Part shown: piece by piece, positions 12,610 through 24,994 of the stretch
How positions within the stretch are numbered: the first letter of the stretch is position 1
Layout: the number at the start of each line of letters is the position of its first letter
NCBI RefSeq assembly: GCF_006345805.1
Contig: NW_021832228.1
Span: forward strand, 138,114 to 202,113
Direction: 5' to 3'
DNA: 64,000 nucleotides
DNA from: Octopus sinensis
Taxonomy: Eukaryota
Position numbers and translations under genes: made by a program
Notes under the pieces: model-generated
Told to the model about the DNA's origin: nothing
What the model saw: the letters and a program-made list of their open reading frames with translations, nothing else
The model's database searches: none

Positions 12610-13200
12610 TGTCTTAGTGAGGACAATTAAAGGAAGGCTTTGATCGAGTTGAAGGCGATTGGACTGCTTGATCTCCAAAAGAAAGTGGGGGAAGAAGTGT
12701 TGTGTGTGATGAAGAAGTCCTGTCGAATTGAGGGACCTGCCTTTGGTCGTCGAGTCAAGAGAGAAAGTCTCCGTGATTCCAGAATAACAGAAAGAATAGA
12801 AAAACATGAAAAAATGGAATCCGAGAGACTAAGAAGACAACAATTTTAGTTAAAATGTAAAAATTCTGATTTTCAGGAATTTTTGGGGAGAATTCAGCAA
12901 CATCAAAAGCAATTCCGTAAAAATATGCGAATTCGCGCAACCAAACTGGGCAAAGTGAGCAAGGCCGTGTTAAACCACCACCTGACGAATGAACGAGAGC
13001 AAAAGAAAGAAGAGGATCGAATTCGGCGGGAAAGAATGGGTCGATTGATGGGAAATAAATAATTTAACACGTTTTTAAAAAGAGGATGAAGTGGAATACC
13101 GAAAGTTGATAGATCAAAAGAAGGACACCCGATTGAAATACTTGTTGGAACAAACGGACGAATATATAGGGAATATGGCCAAGTTATTGCAGTCCCACAT
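12610..13200 (+). pseudogene. SMARCA2/4: Brahma/BRG1 (SWI/SNF ATPase) HSA-domain fragment
   Basis: ALIELKAIGLL, KRESLRDSRITERIEK, HHLTNEREQKKEEDRIRRERMGRLM and [29 protein letters not shown]. One 28-nt GT-AG intron and one damaged intron; no ATPase domain nearby. Confidence 0.93.
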
Positions 13201-13741
13201 GTGTGATTGGGGGAGGAAGGACAGGACTGTTATTCCATTGCTTAGAAAATAAAAATTAAATTAGTCTTGTATTAGTAACAACTTCTTGTGTGAAAATGAC
13301 CAAAATGGAAGCCGAATGAATAAATTCGTCAAGAAATTAAGTGAACGAGTGATAGTTTTGTTGCAAGACTTTCCTCCACTTCTGGCCAAAGATTGGGGTT
13401 ACCAGGATGATAAATTCAGGCGAACAAGTCAATCGGATTTTGGTGATTTTGGCAAAGAAAAAAAATTGCGTTTTTCTTTAAAAAATAAATCAAAATATCA
13501 TAATCATTATTTTTTAAAACTATTGTTGTGTTAATAATTTTAGCAAAATTATTTATTAATCCGGGAAATCATTAAATTAAAAACATTTATTTTAAATTCT
13601 TTTTTCTAAATAGTTTCTCCAATTCTGATTCTGCGGAACCGGATGTCTACTTCAGCCACACTCGAAAATAAAAATTAGATGGAGCAGAGATACATGTCTT
13701 CGTTTGGGTCGTCTTCCTCTGGATTAATTAGTTTCCTAATA

Positions 13742-14400
13742 CAGTCGGACCTCGGTTTGAGCCACTTGGTGGCTCATAAACCGAGGTTGTATCATAAACC
13801 GAGGTTCGCTAATAATCCTAAATAACAGTACTTTAAGTAAAAAATAGTTCACAAGAAACAGATAGAAACAGTTCATAAGTTATACTTTTTTGAAATAATG
13901 CGTAATCTTTTCTCCAAAACGATTTTTATCCCGTAAATTAATCATTATTTTTTCCTTAGGGCGTAGAAATCATTTAATAATTTTGGAGAAAGTTTGCATA
14001 TAATTTCCTTCATATTATTAATAAGAGTCAGTGGATCTATAATGTCTGTTGATTCAGGCCCATTATAAAAATTTATTTCGCTTTCAAGCAATTCTTCGAC
14101 AAAGACTTTGTTCACCATTTCTGTCGATTTTTTATGAGAACTAGCATTATCCAACAACATTAATATTTTTCGGTTTTCAGAAAGCATTCTGGTATTTAAT
14201 TTAAAAACCCAGCTTTTAAAAATTTCAGTTGTCATCCACGTATTTTTAGAAGAAGAGTACATGACGTTAAAAACATCAGGATTGAATTGTTTTAAGCACC
14301 AAAGGTTTCGATATTTGCCGATAATTAAAGGCTCCAGTTTCTCTCCAAGATAACTGCAGCATAGAAGCAGGCTAACCCTTTCCTTTCGCCGAATTCGATC
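13742..14400 (-). mobile_element. pogo/Tigger-like (DDE_1) element, 3' part with terminus
   Basis: ERVSLLLCCSYLGEKLEPLIIGK, SSKNTWMTTEIFKSW and ILMLLDNASSH; terminus CAGTCGGACCTCG preceded by TA. Confidence 0.85.
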
Positions 14401-15686
14401 CTCTTCTTTCTTTTGCTCTCGTTCATTCGTCAGAAACGAGAATATTTAATATAAATACAACATTGATAGCAATATTGAATTAAATACGAATTAAAAAAAT
14501 CCACAACACAAAAAAATAATATTACGTGCCACGCGAATCCAACATTACTGCAGTTTTCTGAAATGGCCGTCCACAACAACAAAATATGGAAAGCACTTTT
14601 CTGATTCTTTTCTTTTTCGTACATTTGGGAGAACAAAGAATGGGAGGTCAATCAAGACACAAACTGAGGTCGATGCGGAGCGAGGATTCCAGATAGTTAG
14701 CACAGGGAAACTTGCCAGCAATGCTAATAGCGTTGATGATAGCCTTCTGGGGAGAATGTTTGAGGGCGGATAAAAAGCAGTCCTCCAGTTGCCACTCTAT
14801 CAAGTCCAGAGTTTCACTTTGGCTTCCTTCTGGTTGTTAAGGGGCCCGTTTTAAAGTCTTACATTTCAATTCAATATATCTTGTTTATAAACGTAATTTA
14901 TCTTTCTACACAAAAAAATCATTCACATTTCAACAAATTCAGTCATCTCGGTGTCCGGATCGTTGTTAGAAAAACTCTGCAGATCCAGACATTTCCTGAC
15001 ATTACTCACCAAAAAGAATTGGACTGCATCTTTTCAAAATTTACACAAACAGAAAAAATGAAAAAAAAATAAATTTCACAAAATTAGACATAAACTTTAA
15101 TTTTTAATCAAAAATACGCACTTTTGGACTAAAGCAAGAAAATTCAATAATTTATCAAAAATACTAAAAAAATATAAATATAGTGAAGATATTTTACAAG
15201 TACAAAAAATAAATAAACGACAAGATTAAAAAAATTAAGTATTGATGAAAAGAACAAAAAGACAAATTATTATATTTATTATACATGATTTTGCACAACT
15301 AAATTAATCAACTCAAATATATATTTTCTATTCATATCTGATAATGATTACAACACAACAAAGATCAACAAATCGTTGTGACCTCGGTCATATCAGGACT
15401 TCTTCCTTTCTCATACAAATCGGGACATTTGTAAATAAAAAATTCCATTTTAGATCATTTCAGTTTCAGTAATAATCACATCCAGCTTTAATGACACATT
15501 TATTCTACATGGAAGAGAATATATTCAGTTCTGTGGAGCAACGTCGCTGATTTTCAGTATCCTGCACTTTCTATTTTATTTTCTCAAAATAAATACAAAA
15601 TTCGGACCTTCTCGTCAAAGATTTATCGAAATGATAATATATTTTGGATTTACAATTATATATTTTATAACCATAGTCATTTAGGA

Positions 15687-17834
15687 CAGTGTTTCTCAAC
15701 CTTTTTTTCCCTGAGGCCCATTTTCAGGGTCATATAAAATCTCAGGCCCATTGCCTTTAATAAAACTTTGATTAACAAAAAAGTATTTTTATTAACATAA
15801 AAAATCTTATTAAAATGTCAATGACTACACTGCTCTTGATGTCTATCTATCAATTTGTCAAGTTGAATTTCCAGATCTTGGTTCAACCTCAAACGTAAGT
15901 CTCCTCTCTTCTCAATCTGCAATTGATTGCGTTTTTTTGTGAGTAAATCGTTTGTTGCAGAAAATCCTATCTCAACCAACCAAGTGGTGGGAAAGCCAAG
16001 TACAAACGGAACAACTTTTTCAAAGAGTAATGGATGAATCGATTCTACTTTCATCCATCCATATAAGCCATCCCTTTCAATATTTTTCATTAATACTTTG
16101 TTCTCCTTCAGTTCAAGAAGTTCTCCAGCAATAATAGGATCAATGTCTTTTTCACTTAATACGTCAAAATGTGCTATATCTATAATCCAACTAGGCGGAT
16201 TCATTTCGATGATATCTTTAAATCTTCTAGTCATATCTTCTTTCAAGCATTTCAAGTGGTCAGTGCAGCTTGCGATTACTTCTGAGCTCGGAGCAGTTTT
16301 GGCAAAATTACAAAAATAAGCAAATTCATTTTTTTGAAGATGCATCTTCCAGAGACATAACTTGTTCAAAAAAGAGCGTACTTTCTCAGCACTATCTATC
16401 AGATTAGCATTTCGCCCTTGCAGTGTCATGTTCAGTTGGTTGACATGTGCGAATAAGTCAGCCAGGTAAAAAATCCTTGCTTTTGTATCGTTGTTATTTA
16501 TCACTGAAAACAAAGTCTCAGCTTTATCTTTCTGCTTCTTGCTACAAGCTTGTGTTTTCATGTCATGAACAAAAATAAGAACCATATCCCACATTTCAGC
16601 AAGACGAACTAGGGAATTTCCTTTGGAAAGCCATCTCACTTCAGTGTGCATGAGGAGTCTCTGGTGGTCCTCATGTTCACATAAATGTTGAAATAGGCGG
16701 TCATGCAAAGCATTGGCTTTGACAAAATTCACTGTTGAAACAGCGACTTTCAATGCATGTTCCATGTCATCATTGAGAGATTTAGCACAAAGATGTTCTC
16801 GATGGATGATGCAATGAATTGCCAATATATGAGGGGCAACTTTTTTTAATTTAGCTACAAAGCCATTCTGTTTGCCGGTCATAGCGCTGGCACCGTCTGT
16901 TGCAATCTGCAACAGATTTGACAGAGGGATCCCATTATCGTACAGATAGTCGTAAACAGCCGCATATATAGTGTCGCTTCGTGTGTCAATCAACTTTTTT
17001 ATAAATAACATTTCTTCATGAATTGCCATTGCATCAATATATCGGACATAAGTAAGTAATAAGGCAGAATTGTTGATTGTTGTCTCATGTCTCACACAAG
17101 CTGTTTCTCGAGGTTTTCTGCCATTTCAATTTGCCTTCTCTTCACTGTGTCATTAGACAATGGGATTTTTTGTAGAATGTTGGCAGCCTGTTCTCCTAGC
17201 AGTTCTTTAGCACAGATCAACATTGCTGGCTTCACCAGACGTTCTGCAATTGTATGTGGCTTCCCCACCTTAGCAACCAGTTCACTCACTGCATAACTGA
17301 CTTTTAGTGTCTTGTTATTATGCTCATTTGCTTTTTTTAAGCAGAATTCTAAAGTTTTTGGAGCATTCTTTTGGCGTAACTCCACTTTCTTCCTGAAATA
17401 GCTGCGCTCCTTTCCAACAGAAGCAGGATGCTTCAACTGTTGATGGGCGAACAATTTTGATTTCTTCATGGAAACATTTGTCATTACTAAGCCACAGTCC
17501 ACACATTCAGGCCTCTTAGAATCAGCACTTGATGGGATGAAGCCTAGTAATAAAAAATCAGTCTGGTATTTGCGTGTAGTCTTCCTTTTTTCCTTGTGTA
17601 CTTTTGACATGAACTATACAATCAGGCCTATAATATTTAAATTTAAATATGACAATATCATTAAATTAAAAACAAATCAAATCAATTTGAAAATAATAAC
17701 GAATAAAGATTTATTAGTATTAGTATTAACATATTTTCTTTGAGGCCCACTCCAGGCCCAATTAAATCTTCAGGCCCATTTCAAAATTTCTCAGGCCCAC
17801 AAGTGGGCCTGGGGCCCAACGTTGAGAAACACTG
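15687..17834 (-). mobile_element. hAT (Buster/Charlie-type) transposon, near full length
   Basis: TIR CAGTGTTTCTCAAC; 8-bp TSD ATTTAGGA (nnnTAnnn) at 15679-15686 and 17835-17842; subterminal AGGCCCA repeats. Confidence 0.97.
15818..17610 (-). pseudogene. hAT transposase split by a frameshifting lesion at about 17095
   Basis: BED-like CVDC..H..KH, IPLSNDTV, TDGASAM, HCIIHREHL, HTEVRWLSKG and FPTTWLVEIGFS; the F.LQLD segment before ETT is absent. Confidence 0.92.
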
Positions 17835-18704
17835 ATTTAGGAGCTGATAGTGAGCCTTGTACTACAATATTGGCAGAGGGATAATCTTTGTTACAGCAGT
17901 ATTAATGTTTTTATAATTTTTTAGTTATTCTGTTGTTTTGGTACAATACTCAATGCTTATTGTGTTTATATGTCGTATGTCGACGTATATGTATAAAATA
18001 ATTGACTTTTTAACGTTTTTGGTCTTTTTTATTTTGATTTAATTAAAATATTCAAACATAGATATTAATAGATAATCTTGTTACTACAATCAATGTGGTG
18101 TAACCACCGATTAGAATAACAATTGGTTATTTTTATTAAAAATGTTGAAATATTTAAACACTTTGATATAAGATTATTTAAGCAGTTTAAAAAAATTATT
18201 CAACTAGGCCAAGGGCAGTCTCTAGGTGATTCTGGTGATCTTCTGAGAAAGTAAAAACAGCCACAAAACTGTTTCATCAAAACATTTCAGGGCACGAGGG
18301 AATTTTAAATTGAACAGCTTTTTGGGAACATGACTGGACTCGACACAAAGTTGACCTCATCCTCAGGGAAAGGCAGAGACTCGGAATTGTCCTGTCGTGT
18401 ATAAGACAAGACAAACAAGTGATTCCATGTCGTATAGTGTGAATAAATGCTCCCATATCTCGGCTGGGGAGAGTTGATGGGGCATATTTAGTTGTACTTT
18501 CTGCAGGCAAATATCATTCGAAAATGTTTATTAAGTCCTTTTATTAAGGATATGTAATTACCTACTGGCTTGGTTCTCTTTAGTGCTGAGAATAAATATA
18601 TTTCGTTCTTCCGGTCAAGTAATGTCCTTTCCACAATGACACACAAAGAATAACTTATTTAAATAATAATTTATTATTTTTTATACATAACGCCAATCAA
18701 ATCA

Positions 18705-18825
18705 AACTCGCCTCACTAAACGCAGCCGCATAACCACACGTAGGGGACTGGTTAGATTCCGTCCCACTATCCTCAGCCGGTTTACTTTTGGATGATGAGT
18801 CAGTTCGTCTCCGTACCTGTTTAGG
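18705..18825 (+). mobile_element. CRE fragment
   Basis: SLNAAA*PHVGDWLDSVPLSSAGLLLDDESVRLRTCLG closely matches about 34470-34590. Confidence 0.85.
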
Positions 18826-18864
18826 ACAAAATCTCTTTAAACCATTGGTTGATAATTAATGTGT

Positions 18865-19260
18865 TAATAGATTAATCGGCCTGACGGATCGCCAAACTGT
18901 TCCCCATGAGAACGGCAATCGAAAACCGCTGGAAAAACCAGTCCACCTCGCATGGAGATTTTTTCCGCAAGCTTGCGTAGGAAGTTTTCCGTCTTTAGAC
19001 CAAGAGAACCCGACGTTTCTACCGCTATCGGGATCACGAAAAACTCATTCGTAAGGGCGGAACATTTGGTTAGGTTTAAATCTTCAGCAGCAGATTTAGC
19101 TTCCAGAGGAAGTTAGCTGTGAAGCAGAAAATGTATCCAAATAGGTTGCGTCCCATACGATACCTTTTCCAATTTTAAAAGGAAATAAAGTCATCCGTCA
19201 GGACGTTTCCCGTCATGGTTTGAGGACCAAAGGAAATCACGCCGAGTTAAGGGTGCTCCA
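18865..19260 (-). mobile_element. CRE 3' fragment
   Basis: GKRPDG and WFFQRFSIAVLMGNSLAI. Confidence 0.8.
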
Positions 19261-19660
19261 TATGATCTCACCTCTTTAAATAATAGCAATTAAAAAAAGT
19301 AAAAAAGCCTGCCGGACAGACACAAAAATTAGCATATTTTAAGGTAATTGGACCAATTTCGGCTATTTTGATAGATAGATAAGGGTTTATTTTGCAAAGG
19401 GATATCAGACATAAAAGAAATTAAGGGCCAGTAATGGCCTTACACGCAGGGTCGTCCGGGGCTATTTTCTTCTCTTCTCTAGAAACTTTTAAACTTGGGT
19501 TTCAACAAGCTCGCCAATCATAGGAAAGACTTCGCGCCAGCTCGGTATTTTCTCTCTTAGATTTACGCCGAATGCCACCTTGAGCGCTAATCTCGTATTA
19601 ATGCCTGGTCGTATTAATGGACTTGTTTCATTAGTTAAATCTAAAAATAATAAGATAATA

Positions 19661-20383
19661 TGTCGCATGCACAACGCGCACTACGCCCCGAGCGCACATT
19701 ATCGATTAGTCATATTGTAATTTTTATAAATTTTTTCGAAATTATTGAATATAATGACACAAATGGCACTTTAAAAATATTATAATATATTTATTAATTT
19801 GTTAATATCTTTTTTTCATCAAATTTTAATTAAATATTACGCACGCTATATACTATGGATTGTTCACGTTTGGTTTTCCAAAACAAAAGAAGTTATATAA
19901 GAAATGTGACCGGTTGAATACGAGCCCAGGTTGATTAGGGTCAGGGTTAGGGGTTTGGGTTAGGGTCAGGGGTTAGCGTCAGTTTTAGGGTCAGGGATTA
20001 GGGTTAGGGTCTGTTTTCTTTAGTGGCTTTTTATGATGAATATGTTTATAAATAACGTTGAAATCATTTATAGTTAGAGTTAAAGTTAAGGTTAGAGTTA
20101 AAGTTGTTACAAACTTGCCAAAAAATTTGATGTAAATTATAATTTGCTAATGTTGCAATTTATAATATCAAAAATAAAAATAATTCACATTATAATTTGC
20201 TAATGTTGTAAATAATTTTACTATTTTAAAGCAAACATGGTTCAAATATAAAACATCATTTTTTCAAAAATTTAAAGTTCAATCATTAGTTCGGAACGTT
20301 TGCCTTTATTTTAATTGGCCTTTTGAATTATTAGCGAATCAATAATGTGCGCTCAGGGCGTAGGGCGCGTTGTGCATGTGACA
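19661..20383. mobile_element. Non-autonomous Ginger-type MITE containing a telomere-like array
   Basis: 47-bp TIR TGTC(G/A)CATGCACAACGCGC... with 4 mismatches; 5-bp TSD TAATA at 19656-19660 and 20384-20388. Removing it restores the hAT reading frame. Confidence 0.92.
19935..20009 (+). repeat. Degenerate interstitial (TTAGGG)n-like array
   Basis: TTAGGG/TCAGGG/TTTGGG units; a more degenerate GTTAGA/GTTAAA/GTTAAG run follows at about 20073-20105. Confidence 0.9.
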
Positions 20384-21374
20384 TAATATCATCACATTGT
20401 TTTTTGCATCGAGAAGTATTGGTTGTAAAAACATTACCTATGAATTTAAAATCTGTCTTGAATGATATTATCCGAATGATTAACAATATAAAAAGTCGAA
20501 CCAAAAAATCTCACATTTTTACTACTATTTATGATGAAATGGGGTCAAACTTTACAAATTTGTTACTTCATACCGAAATTCGATGGCTATCAAGGGGTAG
20601 AGCATTAACGAGTGTTTTTTAATTAAAGGACGAAATGTATGAGTTTTTTAAATTGGAAGGGCATTCTGAATTTGTTGAAAAATTTCAGAATCCAATTTGG
20701 TCTTTAAAACTTGCGTATTTATCTGACATTTTACAAATATTAAACGAGGTTAATGCAAGTATGCAAGGACGTTCTGAGACTATATTATTGTCGACGGACA
20801 AATTAAATTCTTTGAAAATGAAAATCAGTTTTTGGAGAAAAAGGGTTTTAGATGGCGATTATAATATGTTTCATAGTACATATAGTTAATTTAATAATTT
20901 TGGAAGACAAAATGGATACTTATTTTCCAGACTTAGAAATTAAAAATTCGATTGGGTTATTAGTTTTTTAATATATTTATATACGAAATTTTTTTATTGT
21001 CCCTGAATCAAAAAACTTGTCTATTAAAGAAAATGAAGAACTTATTGCGCTATTTAATCATCGATCCTTATGATTAAAAATGACGGAGTTAGACATTGGA
21101 GAATTCTGGATATATATTCGAAACATATATCCCAGTTTATCAAAACAAGCACTGACCATAATTTTACAGTTTTCAACGACCTATTTATGCGAAGCAGATT
21201 TTTCTAAGCTGCATAATATGAAACATAACAAACGCGAAAGTTTGAGAAACATTGATGCTGAAATGCGGGTGGCTCTGTCAACCATTCGACCTGATATTGA
21301 TGATATATGCAACAACAATAATAATTAAGATTTCATTTTCATAGTAATTTTGTGGAAATTAGAGCACCTATTTA

Positions 21375-21850
21375 ATTAGTACCAGTGGATAAGATGGAAT
21401 GGCATTTCCCACGCAAGATGGCTATTGATATGCGTTGGAAAAGCCATGTTCGTTCCCGATGATCATTTCTCCTTCTGCTTGCCAGGTCCCCCAGTTTAAT
21501 AAGGAATTTTTTAGTTCTGAGACCGAGGACTTCCGACGTCTCCACTGCGATCAGGACAAAGAGATGACTTTAAGATAATGCACTGTATTTCTTGATTTTT
21601 AGCGTTTCGGCCAGGTTAGCTGCGGAGCCCGGCTCTGCGGCTGACGTAAAGATGTTTCCGGCTGAGAAGGTGTCCGTGCAAGTTGCGTCCCAGATGAGCG
21701 ACTTGCCATTTTCGAAAGGGAAAGTCGTTAGGCCGTCAGGACGTTTACCATCCACACGAATCAGGCCGACCGGTTCCAACTGTGATGGGAATCCGGCATT
21801 TTCGAGGGTTCGATCAACTATGTCGTTCAGGGCAGTGTGTCAGGGAAAGA
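21375..21850 (-). mobile_element. CRE 3' fragment (endonuclease)
   Basis: LEPVGLIRVDGKRPDGLTTFPFENGKSLIWDATCTDTF..KIKKYSAL and FQRISIAILRGN. Confidence 0.92.
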
Positions 21851-21959
21851 ATTTTCATTATTAATAAAAATTTGGGCATAAAATTACCAATTTTTGTACT
21901 TTTAAAACTTTTTTTGTTAGAAAATTATATTTAAAATTAATCAAATTAGGTCAAGAGAA

Positions 21960-22205
21960 AAATCGTCATTGGCAGATAGCCAGAGTATTGCCTCTGACTA
22001 TAGCTATAGATATTCGTTCGATTAAATACCGGTGCTCACATGGGTTGCCGGTAACCCTTTCGATTAATGAGGCAATGCGCTGGAGTAGGGTCCGAGTAGA
22101 AGACCCCTGTATTCCTGACATCTCAACAGCCAGGGGGACAAACACTCTGCCATTCCCAATTCCAGCGTATTTCTCTGCTTTTCTCTTCTCAGCCCGTTCA
22201 GGAAA
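21960..22205 (-). mobile_element. CRE 3' fragment
   Basis: AEKRKAEKYAG..FVPLAVEMSG and RISIAIVRGNTLAI. Confidence 0.85.
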
Positions 22206-23108
22206 GGGATAATTTTATGCTTCTTATTTCTGATGCTGCAAGGTATATGATGGCGGGTATTGTTTTAATGAATTGAGCGATTATTAAAATACAGTTAGAA
22301 AAGGCAGAAGGATTGTTTAAGACTACGCAGGTTAGGGCGCTTTCCCAGCCTCACGGATTGCGAATCTGGTTGCATTGTTTTAATTCATTTACGATTTAGC
22401 CGGGAAAGTTTTAAAAAATCTATATCCTAATCTTTTTTATGTCAATTGCGTCGCCTATATTTTACATAATTGTTCAATGGAGGTCAGAAAATCTTATCCA
22501 AAAGTCGATAATGTGATAGCTAGCGTACAAGCTTCTATTAGGAAGAACAAAAAGCGACAATTGTTGTTTTCAGAAATTGGAATTCCACCAAAAGTCGTAT
22601 TTACTAGATTGGGTACCTGGTTAAAAGCTGCATCTCATTATTCAAAAAATTTAATCAAATTAATATTATCGAGTTAATTGAGAACGAGGGAATTTTAGTA
22701 ACCTCTACGAAGAGTGCATTGAAAAATGAGAGATTAGTACAAAGTTTATGTGCAATTTCGCATTGCTATTCACATGTTACAGGTTGTTCTTAGATTTATA
22801 GAAAAAATATTAAAATTTGAGAGTAACGAATGCACAATAGACTACGCATATTCGACTCTTAGTGTAATGGAATTTGGGAAAGATGAAATAGCGGTTAAAA
22901 ATATTTGGAGAAGAGAATTTCGGAAATAAGTTTTGTCTTTATTGTCTCGTATAAAAGTATAAACTAAAAACTTTACAAGTTAAAGTTGAGAAAAAATAAA
23001 GTTAATTTTTTTTAATTTTAAAGTTAAAAATTTTGGTTTATAGGTTAATAAAGTTAACTTTTTAAGGTTAAATTTTTCTAATTTTAAGGTTAAAAAATGT
23101 TCGCCCTA
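22205..23108 (+). mobile_element. Decayed hAT (TAGGG-terminus family) 3' part
   Basis: IGIPPKVVFTRLGTWLKAA; subterminal AAGTTAA/AGGTTAA repeats; terminus ..CGCCCTA. Confidence 0.75.
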
Positions 23109-23149
23109 GTTATAACACATACTAGCAGACCTACTCTAATATTTGTTTT

Positions 23150-24200
23150 GTCTTTATCTCCTTGATTGTAGAACTCTTTAAGATTGCTTAAATTGTCAAA
23201 TAAACAAAAGTTTTGTTCAGAAAGCATTGTGTTATAGTTGACTTCGAAAATCACAGCAGGATGCTTTTTTTACTTTCAACTTTTTCTTCTAAATATCGTC
23301 TCAGTTCTCCAGATTCCATGCTGTAAATAGCAATTAAGTCTAACTTTTTAAAGAATTTTTCTTCACAATTAAATCAATAGATTGAAAATTGCTGCCTTGA
23401 ATCAAAAATGATGATGAGAAGTGAAAACTGACCAGCAGATTGACGATTGTATAATGACTCCATCTGACCCTAGCTCCCTTCAAGCCCCGCTGAAACAACT
23501 TTGCGCAAAAACATTTCGAAAGTAGTAACACGAGTTTGAAAAATGCTGTAAAGTTATGATTAAATACTGGATTCGGGTTGTGCCTAGAGATTCTAATCAA
23601 GGACCATTTGCAGCGCTTTTTCCAGATGAGCAAATTCAGTAGGAGAAGCTTCTGGAAGGTTTCTTAATTTGCTAATTTCACGTTCGGTAGTGGTGACATC
23701 ATCCCCAAAACTTAAAGAGTGAACATCAAGAGCTGCAAGCTTTTTGTGAATTACTTGTATGCTACGCCTTCTTTTAGCTTGAGAGGTAGCTCTTGTCTTT
23801 TCCTGACACGAGTATGACTAGACCTTTTTATTGCCGAATCTTGAGAAGAGCGTGATTTCAAAATCGCAAAGATTTTTCTACGACAAAACTTTGGGAGGAA
23901 AATGCAAATTTCTTACCATTTTTTGACTCGAAAATGCTTAGAGCTTTACGTAGAGTTTTTGCTAGAGGCTCCAGTAGCTTTCCATCTTAACGTTCTTTAA
24001 GCTCTCCTTGAAGCGTGATCAAAGCGTCAAAGTAAATCAAGTAAAAATGGAGAAGCGTGTTACTTTGATGATTCGATTAAAAAAGCCTTAGGAGAACAGA
24101 GTTGTAATGCTGGAAGATAAAGACTATTCGATTAGTAAATCACTCGTGCATGAAATGAACCGGATCTACTCTATTGAAGGAGGAAGAGATCTTATTGAGC
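23150..24200 (-). pseudogene. Intronless decayed hypothetical ORF downstream of surE
   Basis: Long frame with scattered stops (RATSQAKRRRSIQVIHKKLAALDV..FAHLEKALQMVLD..SGELRRYLEEKV); no short introns seen and no homology recognised. Confidence 0.35.
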
Positions 24201-24240
24201 GGTTTCAGAGTGAAGCTCTTCTTAAGTTTGATGCTTATGA

Positions 24241-24994
24241 TCAAAAGAGAAAGAAGTGATCATCGAAAGTTTTTTTCTTTTGATCTATGTGGCAGTAGCC
24301 GGTGAGCTCCCCCACATATAAAGGAACGGCTGGAATGTAGCATTCATCAAGCAAGGCAATATCACTGTTCAAATGTTCATCATAAAGGTGATCGTCCCCG
24401 CCAAAATAGAATTCTGCATGTTCTTCCGCATGCTTCTCTTGCTGTGAGATTCCAAGCCATGAGCAGAAATTTTGACAAGCCATTTTACACCTTTTAAATT
24501 GATCGGGTGGGACACTGGGAAAGTTCACATTTAATATTGACTCTTCAGGTATGGGATGGTCTCAAAGGTAGTGAATGCTTTTTAAAATTTAAGGTTGCAC
24601 ATGAGGGAAGTTTTGTGTTTTATCACACATATAAGAAAAAAATACCTTGAATACCGCTCATTATTGCTTCAGTAATTGTTTCAACAGTTCCATCATATAA
24701 AACGTTGCGTCCTGCGTTAAATCCAAGCTTGATGCTGATATAACGAAATCGGGATATTCTTTAAGCAAACGATGAAGCACAAATTTAACAAAGTCCACAG
24801 GTTTCCCATCAATCATGTACAAGTATTGGTGTAAAAATCAACGGACTTTGTTTGAAGAGGGGAATCAGACGTTATACAAACGCCCGCACCTGATTGTTCA
24901 GACAAGAAAGGAGCAACTGCAAGGTTGCATATTTCAAAAAGCATTTTAGAGTGAATTCCATTGTTATTTGTAAGTAAAAAATAGGTTTTTACAT
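24241..24994 (-). pseudogene. surE: Bacterial-type 5'/3'-nucleotidase SurE, decayed and intronless
   Basis: Ordered motifs LLTNNNGIH (TNDDG), AP..EQSGAG..IT, DGKPVDFVK (GTPADCVK), PDFVIS, NAGRNVLYDGTV, EAIMSGIQGI, HPIPEESILNVNFP and SDIALLDECYIPAVPLYVGELT; several frameshifts. Confidence 0.88.

Larger units (their letters stand above)
19602..21350 (+). mobile_element. Decayed hAT (Charlie/ZBED5-like) transposase, interrupted by a MITE
   Basis: GRINGLVSLVKSKNNKI|ISSHCFLHREVL, LLHTEIRWLSRG, LAYLSDI and FSTTYLCEADFS. Confidence 0.9.

Noticed and set aside
14780-14880. Possible integrase core fragment (ELKCKTLKRAP*QPEGSQSE on the minus strand)
   Set aside because: Too short and degenerate to support a call.
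8497-21375. AATAGGTGCTC shared downstream of two CRE 3' ends as a target motif
   Set aside because: It is only 11 bp, lies at different distances from the ORF ends, and is absent at the other copies.
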